Assembly (NCBI RefSeq): GCF_004010195.1
Contig: NC_057728.1
Coordinates: forward strand, 49,875,308-49,939,307
Reading direction: 5' to 3'
Length of the DNA: 64,000 nt
From: Chiloscyllium plagiosum
Lineage: Eukaryota
Position numbers and translations under genes: made by a program. The notes beneath the pieces are model-generated. The model was not told the origin of the DNA and did not search any database. It saw only the letters and a list, made by a program, of their open reading frames with translations. Numbering within the stretch: position 1 is the first letter of the stretch; each line of letters starts with the position of its first letter. Below are positions 13,180 to 25,420 of this stretch, one piece after another.

Positions 13180-13525
13180 TAATTCATTCACAGGATGAGG
13201 GTGTTGTTGGCTGGGTCAGCATTTATTGCCCATCCCTAACTGCCCAGGGAGCAGTTAAGAGTCAACCACATTGCTGTGGGTCTGGAGTCACATGTAGGTC
13301 AGACTAGGTAAGGACAACAATTTCCTTCCCTAAAAGGGTCTAAGTGAACCAGATGGGCTTCCTGACAATCAATTCATGGTCATCATTAGACTCCAGGTTT
13401 TGCTTTTATTGAATTCAAATTCCACCATCTGCCACAGCGGGAATTGAACTGGGTCCTTGGAACATTCCTCAGTCTCTGGATTAACAGTCCAGCACTAATA
13501 CCACAAGCCCCTCACCTCCCCTGAT
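13180..13525 (-). mobile_element. tRNA-derived Deu-domain-like SINE
   Basis: Same family as the copy at 2490-2825. Confidence 0.65.
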
Positions 13526-13764
13526 TTACTGAGCCAGAGACATCATTAAAATGCCATAGACTTTGGAATCAGATTTGCTAAGGACAGCAGATTTCCTTTC
13601 CTAAATGGCAATAATGTGTCGGATGGTATTTACAATAATCAATGATATGTTCATGGTCAGAGAATCTACGTTTGGGCAATATGTGGTGAGCTCCAGTCAG
13701 CAACAGGTACATAGTAAGACCAAACAACTGGAGTCCATTGGTTAATGAAACTCCACTAATTATA

Positions 13765-13867
13765 AGGTAATCGTACTTTTGAAGGTCAGCACAGATTATG
13801 TTCTTCGGAGTTAATTCTCAAAGTGCACTCAGCTACATTGAAGTTAATCTTCCTTTGTGTATATAAA
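13765..13867 (+). promoter_or_regulatory. Putative GCIP proximal promoter: TATA box plus Crx/Otx-type TAATC motifs
   Basis: TATATAAA at 13860-13867. TAATC at 13768, GATTA at 13794, TAATCT at 13845. TGCTGAC half-MARE on the minus strand at 13785-13791. Confidence 0.55.
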
Positions 13868-13904
13868 GATAAAGTGCAATCTGGAGAATTGTTCCATGTG
13901 AAAT

Positions 13905-13975
13905 ATGGGCCAGAGCGCTGTGCTTCCTCCAAGGAGGAAGGATACGTATGTTCTGGAACTTCATGTGTGGTACAG
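13905..13975 (+). CDS. gcip: GCIP coding exon 1 (MGQSAVLPPRRKDTYVLELHVWY + 2 nt)
   Basis: ATG-Gly start typical of myristoylated neuronal calcium sensors. The ELHxWY motif ends at a donor AG|GTAATC, and its phase 2 matches exon 2. Confidence 0.9.
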
Positions 13976-14489
13976 GTAATCTTTCTTATCATTAGCAAAC
14001 TGTAGCTGTCCATGTATGGTGGAGATATTTTCTGAAAGTTTTATCAGAACAAAATATATTCGGCAAGAGTTTATAGCATTTAGTTTTGTTTTTTCACACT
14101 TAGCAAGAAATGAGAACGTCACTAGCAGCAAACAGTGGAATCAGCAGCTATAATTAGGAGGTGTTTCATGTGAGTAATTAGTCTAGTTTAATATGGTCAT
14201 TGTATCTCAGTAATCGAGACAGAAATTGTTAGAAATCTCAGCAGATCAGCTAGCTTTGCTTGAATTAGGAACGGGGTTAATGTTGGAGGTCCAAAATCTT
14301 GTCAGAACTAGGAGCATTTTCAAATGTTTCAGCTATTGAGGTGGGCAGGAATAGGGCGGAATTTAGGAAAACAGTAAAAGGCAAGTTTTGTGATAAGGTG
14401 GAAGGCGGGAGAGATTAAATGCCACCAAGTCTCACAGTGGAAGACAAAAGGAAATTGGTAACACTGATCTTGAATCTTATTAAAGATAG

Positions 14490-14535
14490 AGACTGGCTGT
14501 TGAAGCTTTTCGTCTTGCACTCATCAGGACATGAT
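14490..14535 (-). ncRNA. Minimal hammerhead ribozyme motif of a Penelope-type repeat end (family C)
   Basis: Minus strand reads tgtc CTGATGA GT-gcaag-AC GAAA AGCT TC aaca, with a palindromic AGCT in helix III. A decayed + strand copy lies at about 28390-28422. Confidence 0.5.
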
Positions 14536-14911
14536 GTAAGAATGTCACATTTTAAAACAACACAATCATTTATATTGCAAGAACAAAGTGAGCTGATTGG
14601 TTCTCCAATATGAACAGAAATGTGGGGAATGCGATGGACTCTAAACACAGGGAGAGAGGGCGGGGGGAGAATCCCCTTTGAGGAAAGAGGAAGACAGCTG
14701 CATGGTAGTGGTATCATGGGATAGGTGTGGCAAGGCTGGGGAGACTAGGAGAATGGAATGAGTCCTCGCAGGTTGTGAGAATTTACAGTCAAGGTAGCTG
14801 TCGGAGTCAGAACACTCAGAGTGGATATTGGTTCAAAGCCAAACACCAGAAATTCGAAAATACATGCAAACTTACAAAGTAAGAGTAGGAATAGGCCAGT
14901 CAGCTCCTTGA

Positions 14912-15123
14912 AGAGAAAGTGAGGACTGCAGATGCTGGAGATCAGAATTGAGAGTGTGGTGCTGGAAAAACACAGCAGGTCAGGCAACATCCGAGGAGCA
15001 GGAGAATCGACATTTTATCAGAATGATGATTCCTGATGAAGGGCTCTTGCCCGAAATGTCGATTCTCCTGCTCCTCGGATGCTGCCTGACCTGCTGTGCT
15101 TTTCCAGCGCCACACTTTCGACA
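14912..15123. mobile_element. Palindromic Penelope-derived mini-element, family A (GCIP intron 1)
   Basis: Inverted arms, with a hammerhead core at 15033-15060. Imperfect TSD cagtcagctccttga / cagtcagcttcctga at 14897-14911 and 15124-15138. Confidence 0.8.
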
Positions 15124-15764
15124 CAGTCAGCTTCCTGAGTCTGCTCATCATTCAATAAGATCGTGGCTGATATGATTGTAGCCTTAAATCCCTCCGCTTC
15201 TCTCTGCCTTGTTTTAAGATGCCTCCTGGAACATTCCTCTTTGAACAAGCTTTTAGCCATTGCCCTATTATCACCTTCTGAATCTCAATCTCAAACCTTG
15301 CTAGACCTTTGGATCTTTAATAGATTACAGGTGCTATATTTTTGTTGTTGTCATGAGGTCACAGTCTCCTGACAGGGAAACAAAGAAAAAACGCACAAAC
15401 CCACAGAAAACTGGAACAGACCATTCAGCTCTTTGATCCTGGTCCACCATTCAATATAATCAACCTGCACAGTACTCTATTCCCACATAGGCTCCTTTGA
15501 TCCCTTTAGCCCTAAGGATTATATCTGTCCTGAAAACATTCAATGTCTTGGCATCAACCACTTTCTGTGGTATAGAATTAGACAGGCTCACCACTCTCTG
15601 GGTGAAGAAATCTCTCCTCAACTCAGTCCGAAATGAACTACTCTGTATCATTAGCCTGTGATCCCTGGCTCTGGAATCCCCAATCATTGGGTACATCTTG
15701 CCTGCCATTAGCCTGTCGAGTCCAGTTAGAATTTCATAAGTTTCTAAGAGATTCCAACTTCCCG

Positions 15765-15813
15765 ATTAGATTAGATTAGATTAGATTAGATTAGATTAGA
15801 TTAGATTAGATTA
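15765..15813. repeat. (TTAGA)n microsatellite
   Basis: About 9 perfect units followed by cctacagtatggaaac, matching the tail of the HE1-like SINE copies. Confidence 0.9.
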
Positions 15814-16004
15814 CCTACAGTATGGAAACTGAACGCCAGTGAATAAAGTCCTAAATGATCCTGTCTCACTTCATTCATTAGTCCTGCCATCCCTGATCCA
15901 GAAGGCAATGAGCTACCTGTTCAGCTTTGGTAAACAGTTAGAATTATTGGCAAACAATTAGAATTATTGGTGATTAATAACTTTAAGGTATTACCTTCTT
16001 ACAG

Positions 16005-16137
16005 AAAATTCATCAAAGAGTGTCCTAGTGGGTTGATCACCCTTCATGAGTTCAGGCGCCATTTTTGTGATGGGACCGTAGGTCCCAAGTCTTCTGAATA
16101 TGCCGAGCAGATCTTCAGGACTCTGGATGATAACAGG
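16005..16137 (+). CDS. gcip: GCIP coding exon 2 (KFIKECPSGLITLHEFRRHFCDGTVGPKSSEYAEQIFRTLDDNR)
   Basis: Acceptor ttcttacag, donor AGG|GTAATA. Contains the CPSG non-binding EF1 signature of the recoverin/GCAP family and the first half of EF2. Confidence 0.95.
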
Positions 16138-16973
16138 GTAATAAAAGTGAACATCAACAGTTTTGATCATTCTCCACCAGCTTCACACTTACTGATCTGG
16201 TTGTGACAATGTATTCACAGTAACTTACACACCCTTTCCCAATTGGATCCTGAACATGGATTTGTAAAGCTCCATCTCAACTCATCTACTGCTAAAAGTT
16301 TCTTCCACACTTCACTGGACTTCACCTTCACAACATTCCCCTCCCTGACCTTCAATACCCACCAACCATAAAAGCCTAAAACTCGGCCATCGATAACCTC
16401 ATTCACACCAAATCCCATTACCCCTTCACACCTGTGACTGACATTCACTCCCTTTTTACAACACCTTGATGTTTACAATTCTAACCCTCACTTTAATATC
16501 CCTCTATCAAAGCTCCCCCGAATTAATTTCTACTGTGTGAGCGGTTTCTGGAATTGGAAGCTATGTCAGTCAGCATGGGGATTAGTGTGCACAGCACCTC
16601 CCAGTGGCTGTACAGCTGCACAGCTTAGCGACCGGGGTTTCCTTCTTAGCCCACACCTTAGTGCAATAATCTTCTTCAGCCGGACAGCTCTTAACATTTC
16701 TCCAATGTTGGCTTCTTGTGAGCATCTCACGCCCAAGCTCTCCCTATAACAGGTTACACCTCTAAGGTTCCTTCTCCACCCCTCTCTCACTTAAAGTCAC
16801 TTTTTAAAATCTAACTCGTTGGCCATTTGATGATCTGTCACGATATGAGGTTCAGTGTCAAATTTTGTCACATAACTTGCTCCGAATCCCTTTGGGATAT
16901 TTTACAGCTTCTAAAACACTAATCTATGTTGCTGATATTATTTTGCACGTATAACAGACCCAAGATGTATTGT

Positions 16974-17178
16974 CTGGCAGGATCTATGGAGAGAAAGCAG
17001 AGTTAATGTTTTGAGTCCAATGACTCTTCATTAGAATTGAAGAAGCGTCACGGGACTCAAAAGATTAACTCTGTTTTCTTCCCACAGATGCTGCCAGACC
17101 CACTGAGTTTCTCCAGCAATTCTTGTTTTTGTGTGTTTCAGATCTCTAGTATCCATAGATCTTTGTTTTGTTGTTGTG
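16974..17178. mobile_element. Older palindromic Penelope-derived mini-element, family D
   Basis: Inverted arms around 17035 (gcagagttaa...ttaactctg) with a decayed hammerhead core. TSD aagatg(t/c)attgt at 16962-16973 and 17179-17190. Confidence 0.6.
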
Positions 17179-17499
17179 AAGATGCATTGTTCCTAATTTG
17201 AGATCGTTTTGAATGAACTTGACATATGCGCAAGTGACTTAGGCGCAGATGTAGGCCATTTGGCCCCTCGAGTTTGTTCCACAATCTGTTAGAATATGGT
17301 TGATGCGTTTGTATTTGGAATTCCACATTCTTAACTATCCCCAATAACCTTTTTTGCAATAACTCAAGAAGCTCAACTGATATTTCATCTAGATTGCCAG
17401 TACCCCATCCATTGTCAAGCCAGGCAGATATTCTGTATCCAGTCCCTTCCCAAAAAGTTGGAACCAGGACCTTTCACCACCAGTAATGGGGTTGGGGGG

Positions 17500-18500
17500 A
17501 TGGGGGGAGTCAGACTGTCTGTTGTCCATGTGTAACTGGAGTTACAGTGGTCCTAATAACATTTTACAGCTCCCCAGCATATGTGGCCAAAACCAGCCTT
17601 GGTGTCTCGCAGGCTTAAAGACAAGATGATCCATTGGGATATTCTAAAGGTTAGCTCCTCAGCAATATATGAGTGGTACCTCAATCCACCTCCATGTCTC
17701 AGGAGTTTCCATGTTTCTGAAGTTTTGTCTTAATTGGGGCTGCTTTGAGAGCAGTCATGTAATTTAGCTGCATCAGTTCCTCATCCTCTGGCTGATTTAT
17801 TTGCAATGTGCTGTTTTGAGGTGACTTCACCCTTCAGCCTGGGCAGTATGTATTGTGCCTGTTTTGGACAACTTGTTTGAAGCAGACCCTATGACCACAA
17901 CTGCAGCATGGATGTTCTTACTCCTCACTGCATTTTGGAGAAGCTTCCTGTCCAGTTCTGGAACCCTGCCACCTCTGACTCCTTCCTTGGCGATCATTGG
18001 CGTGTTGTCTGCTGTGTACTTGGCTCTGTGGTAAAGGTTAAGGACCGCTGAGGCTCCACAGCCCCTTTCTTCTGGGATTCTATGGCTTTGTTGAAGTCCA
18101 GATCCTGGCACTGTCAGCAACTTACTTTAGGTTGCAACATTATTAATTCCACAAACTTAGCAATCCCTTAACATTTTCAGAAGTGCTGAACCATAATCAC
18201 GATGCTCTGTAACTGATTCCTCAGGAAGTAAACTTACTGTGTTAAAGCTGTTAGACTGTGATATAACCCATTGTTTGGGATTGTAGAGGACCCCTGTCAT
18301 AGCTCTCAGGTCATCAAAGGATTTGACTCTGGGGCATTTGTGAAGTTTAAACATTTTACAATGCTGAAAGGTGGGTTCCCACACGCAGTCAGGGGAATGA
18401 CTTGTTATCAGTGATCTCCTTCTATCCTGTTGCCTGAAAAAGTACCTCATTTTTCAGCATTCTGAGGCTAATTCTCCACACTAGCATCATAAGATTCCAG
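17500..18500 (-). mobile_element. Degenerate Ty3/Gypsy gag-protease fragment
   Basis: Minus-strand translations include KSFDDL...YNPKQWVISQ...EESVTE (gag-like), MEVD*GT (a decayed D-T-G protease motif) and LATYAGEL. Confidence 0.55.
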
Positions 18501-20004
18501 TTAGGCACTTTCCTGTCAGGGTCTTACTGGGTTCAGTGAAAGGCAAGGCTGTCCAAAACTGTTCTTGCCTCACGTTACCAATGTCATAATTGAGGAAGCC
18601 AGATGGGAAAGGAACATCATTTATTGTTAAACACCAACAAAGTGCCACTTCTCATATTTGGGGTAGTCCAAGCCTGGACAGCCAGATTCACAGACCCTTT
18701 TTTTAAAATCAGATATTATTACACACCTTTGGAGCAGGTGGGACTTGAACTCAGGCCTTCCGGTCCAGGGTAGGGACACTACCACTGCTCCACAAGAAGA
18801 TCAGGCTCAGGTGATGAGTTCCAGCTGGGATAGGCCATTGCCTGTTACCAAGGGAACTCACATTCAACAAGCCTCACAAGGATATTAATTAGTCATTCCC
18901 TGTTTGTATTTATTTATTTACTTATTGTCATGTGTATCATGTTATAAAATACAGTGACAAATTTCCACTCTCCAGTGCCATCTTAAAACGCTGAAAAATA
19001 GATTAAAATAAAGAACATTAAGGCAAACAAATGATGACATAAAGGAAGCGTTGCATTTTATAGTCCTTCTGGTTAGGTGCTCCATCATGGACTTGTGGCC
19101 AGGCATGATGCCTCTTCACCATGCTGCCACCATCACTGGAATGAACACTGGGGTCATTCCCCCACCTACCTAATAAGAATCTGCCTTAAAAAATAATCTG
19201 CCTCTAGCACCTTCCCAGACAGAGAGCTCCAAAGTTGTACAACCATTGACAAAAAAAAATCCTCTTCATTTCTGTACTAAAGAGGCGACCTGTAATTTTT
19301 AAACAGTACTCCCTCATTGTGGATGCACCCAGAAGAGGAAACACCCTTTGGCTTTTATTCCTCTGGAAGTGCTTTCATTACAAGACCTTTATCCCCTGCC
19401 CTCCCTTCAAGGTAATCTTACTCACTTGGACACTACTTGCTCCGACTTGGCCTGTTTTCCTAATGCACTTCCATTCTCTCAATCTTCCTCTTCTTGTTTC
19501 ATCAGCCACAGAATGACCATTGATTATCAGAGGTTGAATGCTGATTGCCTTTACACTTTGGCAGAGTCACTAGTCTAGTTAAATTTCATTGTTCACTCAG
19601 TTCACACACAAACTGAACATGTTATATATTTGACCACTAAGGCGAACGGTAATTTTTAGATTCCGCCTCTCCAATGGGAATCTCTGTCTGAGAGCTAAGG
19701 TTCCAATTAAAGCTTCAATCAAAGCAAACACACTTCCACTAAATCCTGCTGGTTGTTTTTTTTTAAAATATTATTTAATTTAATTAGCTTAATACCTGAT
19801 TTAATTAAGAAAAGTGATGTATAATGTGAGTGATTAAAGTGCCCTTTTGAGAATAACGCACGTCTTGAAGGATGGTCAATTAACAAAACTGGGCTGAAGT
19901 TGATGATTTCTTAGCTCAGTGTGAGTTGTAGTGAGTGCTTTGGAAGGCTTTATCTTGCAAGGCCTACTGAGTATCTTAGCAACCACATCTCATTAACCAC
20001 TCAC

Positions 20005-20465
20005 CAGGATGTTGCCAGGAATGGAGGATTTGGGAAATAAAAAGAGACTGCAACTTTCTTTTACTGTAGCTTAGGAGGTTGAGGGGTGACCTTATTGAGG
20101 TTTATAAAATCACGAGGGGCATAGATAAGGTGAATGACAAGGGTTTTTTTTTCTCGAGGTGTATGGGGGTATTCAAAACTAGCAGGTATATAATTAAGGT
20201 GAGAGGTGAAAGAGTTAAAAGTGAAATGAGGGGTAATGATTTTACACAGAGAATGGGTCATTGTGGAATGAACTGCCAGAGGCAGTAGTGGATGCAGGCA
20301 CAGTTACAAGGTTTAAAAGACATTTCGATAAGTTCATGAGCAAGAAAGGTTTGAAGGGAAATAGGCCAAAGGCAGGCAGGTGGGACTAGTTTAGTTTTGG
20401 AACATGGTCGGTGTAGACTGGTTGGACAAAAAGGTCTGTTTCTGCGCTGTATGACTCAATGACCC
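20005..20465 (+). mobile_element. CR1 LINE 3' fragment
   Basis: RGDLIEVYKI motif followed by the CR1 3' UTR. Confidence 0.75.
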
Positions 20466-20639
20466 TGTCTCTATGGTGTCCATCACAACCAATTTTGCCC
20501 TGACAGGCCATTCCCAGAAGACCTCGCTATTCCCTGATAAACCAGACACTGTTGGGCCATCCTAGAATTCACAGGCATCCCGGGCTTTGGCGCCACGTTT
20601 AAGAGCCTGCTGTGCACCCAGAGAAGCTGGGTCAGCCTG

Positions 20640-20895
20640 GAGCTGCCCTCCATCGTTGCTGACATTTGCCCTGGATGTGGCAGACTGTGAGATACTGATG
20701 TCCCACGTTGCAGGCAGGCAGTTGGAGGTCCTGCTGAATGGGGTGATGCACACGTGGAACACCTCTCCTGCTGGACCAGCAGTGCAGACCAGGACACCAG
20801 ACCATGGTCTGAAGTTGCCGCCCAGGCCAATGTAATTTCAGCCACCTGAACGAATGCACAGGATTTTTGGAAGAAGATCAATGACCTTCTCTATT
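20640..20895 (+). mobile_element. Possible Harbinger/PIF Myb-SANT-like remnant
   Basis: Decayed LEVLLNGV ... WKKINDL motif, within a region that is more GC-rich than its surroundings (about 20480-21840). Confidence 0.35.
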
Positions 20896-21854
20896 CCACC
20901 AGGGCAGTTCTGACATCTTCTGTACCTTACACTCACTCTATTTCTGCCACTGTATCCATCTTCCACCAAGTCTCCTGCTCTAGCTCACACTGTTGTCTGA
21001 AACATCGTCCCTCACTCATTCTCAGCTGCTCCAATGTCCCGACATCAGTGAGCCTGCATACCCTGGGTACTGCCTACTCACTCATTCAGGACACCTCCTA
21101 ACCTGCACCAAACCTAACAGTTGTAGCACCTGCTTTCATTTCCTGTAGTACCTACCTTTCTCTCATTCTATGAGGAGAGCAACCCACAACAAGGGAAAAA
21201 GAGTCAAGGTGGGTGGCGATCTGCCCAACATTTGGCACCTCATCCCTTATGTGGAGTGGTTTCTGATACTGACCACCCCGAGCAGCTGACTGACATATCA
21301 AAGATCTTGGACTGTTGTTGAAGGCTGCCTTTGACTTAGCAGTCAGCAGCCCCCAACTGAAGGCTCTCTCCCCTTGAGTCAACAGAGGACCATGACAAGC
21401 TTCCTGGCTTTGTGTCTGTGCTAAACAGCACAGCAAGTCAGAGCCTGGTCTCCCTGGCATGTTGCAAAAGCCCAAGGCTTAGCAAAGCAAAGCAGGCGTT
21501 GCTGAGTATCTAGATTACCTGTGAGTGAGTGAGTGAGTGCTATGACAGCAAGTGAACAGCCTGGAAGTGTAGCTTAGTCCAGCCCCGAGGTGCCTGTGCC
21601 AGAGTGCAGTGTCCTTGCAGCAGATACAATGATAGTTGCTGATGCAGATCAAGGTGCAGGAGTGTAAATGCAGAGGTGAATCAGAAGTGTGTGCTATGAT
21701 GCTATTTGATAGTTGGCACATGTTGAATGCCAACGTGTGGTGTGTGTGGCCAGTATCCCTGGTGAGTTCCCCGAGTTGATGGTGCCTGGTGTCCAAAATG
21801 GAGATGCTTCAGAGCAAGTGGTGAGCTGACGTTGCCAGGTGCCCACTTATACAA

Positions 21855-22320
21855 CATAGAACATTACAGCGCAGTACAGGTCCTTCGGACCTCGATGTTG
21901 CACTGACCTGTGGAACCAATCTGAAACCTATCTTTCGATATCACTCTCTGATTATCTTTTATGTCTCAATTAAGTCACCTCTTAACCTTCTCTCTAATGA
22001 AAATAGCCTCAAGTCCCTCAACCTTTCCTCATAAGATCTTCCCTCCATACCAGGTAACATCCTAGTAAATCTCCTCTGAACCCTTTCCAAAGCTTACACA
22101 TCCTTGCTATAATGTGGTGACCAGAACTGCACACAATACTCCAAGTGCGGCCGCACTGGAGTTTTGTACAGCTGCAGCTGTTCAATCCCTTCACTAATAA
22201 AAACTAACACACCGTGTGCCTTCTTAACAGCCCTTGCAATCTGGGTGGCAACTTTGAGGGATCTATGTATATGGACACCAGGATCTCTCTGCTCATTTAC
22301 ACGACCAAGAATCTTACATT
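21855..22320 (-). mobile_element. CR1 LINE 3' fragment
   Basis: Reverse complement of the RT C-terminus and tail seen at 44345-45675. Confidence 0.7.
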
Positions 22321-22804
22321 CACTCAGTACTCTGCATCAACAAACACATCAAGTTAGATCCCATCTACCATCCCTGAGAAAAGGAACAGGAAGTGACTTC
22401 ACCAGAAGACATAACATCACCACAGGAAATGACCTGTGGTTCAAAACTCATGTCAGAAAGCTCCTTAGGAATGATCTCCCCTGCTGTTTGCTGGGTGTTT
22501 GGCTGGGATCACATGAGCTCCTGTAAGTGTTATTGTTTTCGCATTTGGTGGTCGGTTTTACAAACAAATGCTCCTCCTGTTGCTAGCCTTCCACACTTGT
22601 CCAGGCGGGGAATTAGCAGTAATACATGCTGCTTTCCCTGCTTCATATAAGAACAGTGAGAACACCATAGAAATACTCCACCGACAGAGAAGTGCTTTGG
22701 GCTATTTTAATTTTTTTCATTACATCTGTGTGTGTCCATTGGGTGAGCATCTTGAAAGGATGTGACCTGATGAATTACGGTGATGATTATTTTTGTGTTT
22801 GAAG

Positions 22805-22954
22805 GATGGGACAGTTGATTACCATGAATATGTGACCGCTATCAGTCTGCTGATACAGGGCAGTCCGGAAGAAAAACTAAAGTGGTCATTTAAATTATAC
22901 GACAAGGATAAAGATGGAGCAATTACACGTTTAGAGATGCTGGAAATTATGCAG
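22805..22954 (+). CDS. gcip: GCIP coding exon 3 (DGTVDYHEYVTAISLLIQGSPEEKLKWSFKLYDKDKDGAITRLEMLEIMQ)
   Basis: Acceptor tgtttgaag, donor CAG|GTCAGT, 150 nt, phase 0-0. Contains the end of EF2, KLKWSFKLYD and the EF3 loop DKDKDGAITRLE. Confidence 0.95.
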
Positions 22955-23257
22955 GTCAGTGTCTATTCCGTTACTTCAAGTTTAAAAAGGGGCATTGTTG
23001 GTATTTGGCCATTCATGTGTGCATGGTCTCTTAGCTTGTAGCAGTGGGAGGTCTGGCCTCAATCTAAATCCCAAACTTCCAATTTCCTGAGCACCCAGCG
23101 TCATCATATTATCAATGCTATTTGCTTTCTCCTGACACATCTGGCTGGGGACTGAGAGGACTAGTACCAAATGGACAGGTTGCTAATTGACCCTTCACCT
23201 CTGTCTAAGGCCCCAGAGAAGCCTTCCACATCCATCAAAGTTTCACCTGCACTTCTA

Positions 23258-23842
23258 CACATATCATTTATTGTATCCATTGCTCCCAATGCGGTCTCCT
23301 TTACAGTGGGGAGAATGGATGCCTACTCACAGAGCGCTTTAGGGAACATCTCCAGGATACCCGCACCAATCAACCACACCGCCCCGTGGCCGAACATTTC
23401 AACTCCACCTCCCACTCTACCAAGGACATACAGGTCCTGGCCTCCTCCATCGCCACTCCCTAATGCCTGATGCCTGGAGGAAGAACGCCTCATCTTCCGC
23501 CTTGGGACCCTTCAACCCCAGGGCATCAATGAGGACTTCACCAGTTTCCTAATTTCCCCTTCCCCCAACTCCAGTTCCAACATTCCAGCTCAGCAACGTC
23601 CTCATGACCTGTCCCACCTGTCAATCTTTCTTCCCACCTATCCGCTCCACCCTCCTTTCTGACCTATCACCTTTACCCCCATCTCCATCCACCTATTGCA
23701 CTCTCAGCTACCTTCCCCCCCCGCCCCACCCCTTCCCATTTATCTCTCCACCCCTGAGGCTCCCAGTCTCATTCCTGATGCGGGGCTTTTGCCCGAAACG
23801 TCGATCTTCCTGCTCCTCGGATGCTGCCTGACCGGCTGTGCT
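23258..23842 (+). mobile_element. Penelope-like element 3' fragment (GIY-YIG endonuclease plus 3' end)
   Basis: IIYCIHCSQCGLLYSGE is a GIY-YIG-like start. EEERLIFRLGTLQPQGIN is the C-terminal motif. The terminus has a hammerhead-like motif and matches the family A arms. Confidence 0.85.
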
Positions 23843-25087
23843 TGACTGCTAATTGACACGCTGTCCAATAGGTACTCTGCGAATGGACACACTACCGATT
23901 GACACTCGTACAATGGATGCTCCAATGCCCAATTAGTACCCATCCACTTAACCAATGGACACCCGATAGATGGGCAACTGCCATAGGTTTCCCTGTCATT
24001 GGAAACCCTGTCAATGCCCACTTTGCCCAATGCTCAACCCAGCCAGTGCCTAACCTACCACTGCAGAACCAACCCACTGGGCACCATAACCTCTGAATGT
24101 TGGAATCAGTCAGTGGGCACCCTGTCCTCTTTTATTTTCCATTGAAGTTGCAAAGAAAAAGGTTTTAAATCCAATGTTTGGTCTTGGACGTGAGATGAAG
24201 GGAGATGTCTCACGGCCAGAACCCAGGCGGGCCAAGTCGCAGAACAGGATCAGAGTGAATCACGGCTGAATCCCAGAGAATGGAGCAGAGTGAGTCCTGG
24301 ACGTGGGCCAGTGTGTAGGGGCAGCGTGGCCTCATGTTCTAAAGCCTGACGTTCATGGACTCGTGCGAAAACGAGTAGAACTTGAATACTTTATACTCAC
24401 TTGTTACTATCATTTGGGACTTCTTTGAACTCTGTAGTCCCATGCTACTTTTTTTTATTATTGCAATTCTAAGACCACACTCAAAGTATCTGTACCTAGG
24501 TATTCAGTAGGTGACATTACAAACTTTTCATTGCACTCATTCGAGTGCATGTGACAATAAAGGCTATTGTATTCTATACTATTACCATGTGAATTGACCT
24601 AAAATGAGCAAAGTTTCAGAGAATCTTTCAACATCCACTTGAGCAGATAGATTGGAGCTTCTGTTTTAACACCTACGTGCCCTGGGACTCCACCTTCACT
24701 GGTATTCAAATATTGGACTGAAATTTGACCCTGGAAATGTTATGTTTCAGAGACCTGAGGCAAGTGTGTAAGAACAATGTGTACGAACTTGCCTTGAAAA
24801 CCAGCAAAGAATATTCTGAGGATTGCTTTGAAATAAGAGATAAGCGTTAGGGCCCAAGAAATACTGTTTTAAAAAAAAGTGTGTCTGTAAGTTTAACTGG
24901 TTGCTTCTTTAAAGTTCTTTCATAGGTTGTGGGTATTATTGGCTAGGCCTGTATTTTTGTCTATATATAATTTCATTTGAAAAGGTGATAGTGAGCTGCC
25001 TTCTTGAACCGTTCCAGACTGTGTGATCCACACATTGATTCAACGTGCACGTAATTCTGTTTGATAATGTGGCTTCTCTCTATTTAG

Positions 25088-25193
25088 ACGATATATAAAA
25101 TGAGTTTGGCAGCTTCACTGACTAAAGTTGACCCCCAAACAGCAGAAGAATGCACCAACAGAATTTTCATTCGGCTGGACAAAGACAGAGATG
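25088..25193 (+). CDS. gcip: GCIP coding exon 4 (TIYKMSLAASLTKVDPQTAEECTNRIFIRLDKDRD + 1 nt)
   Basis: Acceptor ctctctatttag, donor G|GTAAGT. TAEECTNRIF.RLDKD matches amphibian GCIP as I recall it. Confidence 0.93.
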
Positions 25194-25420
25194 GTAAGTG
25201 AGGTATTTTTTTGTTATTAACTCATGGGACATAGGCTTCACTAGCATTTATTGCCCGTCTCCAGTTGCTCTTGAGAAAGTGGTAGTGAGCTGCCTTCTGG
25301 AACCATGGCAGACAATGTATGCAAAGTTGAAGTTATTCCATTACTTTTCTAAGAACCATAGAATCATACAAAATGGAATGAAGTCAGTCAGCCCATCACG
25401 GTTCCCTAGCTCTTTGAAAG

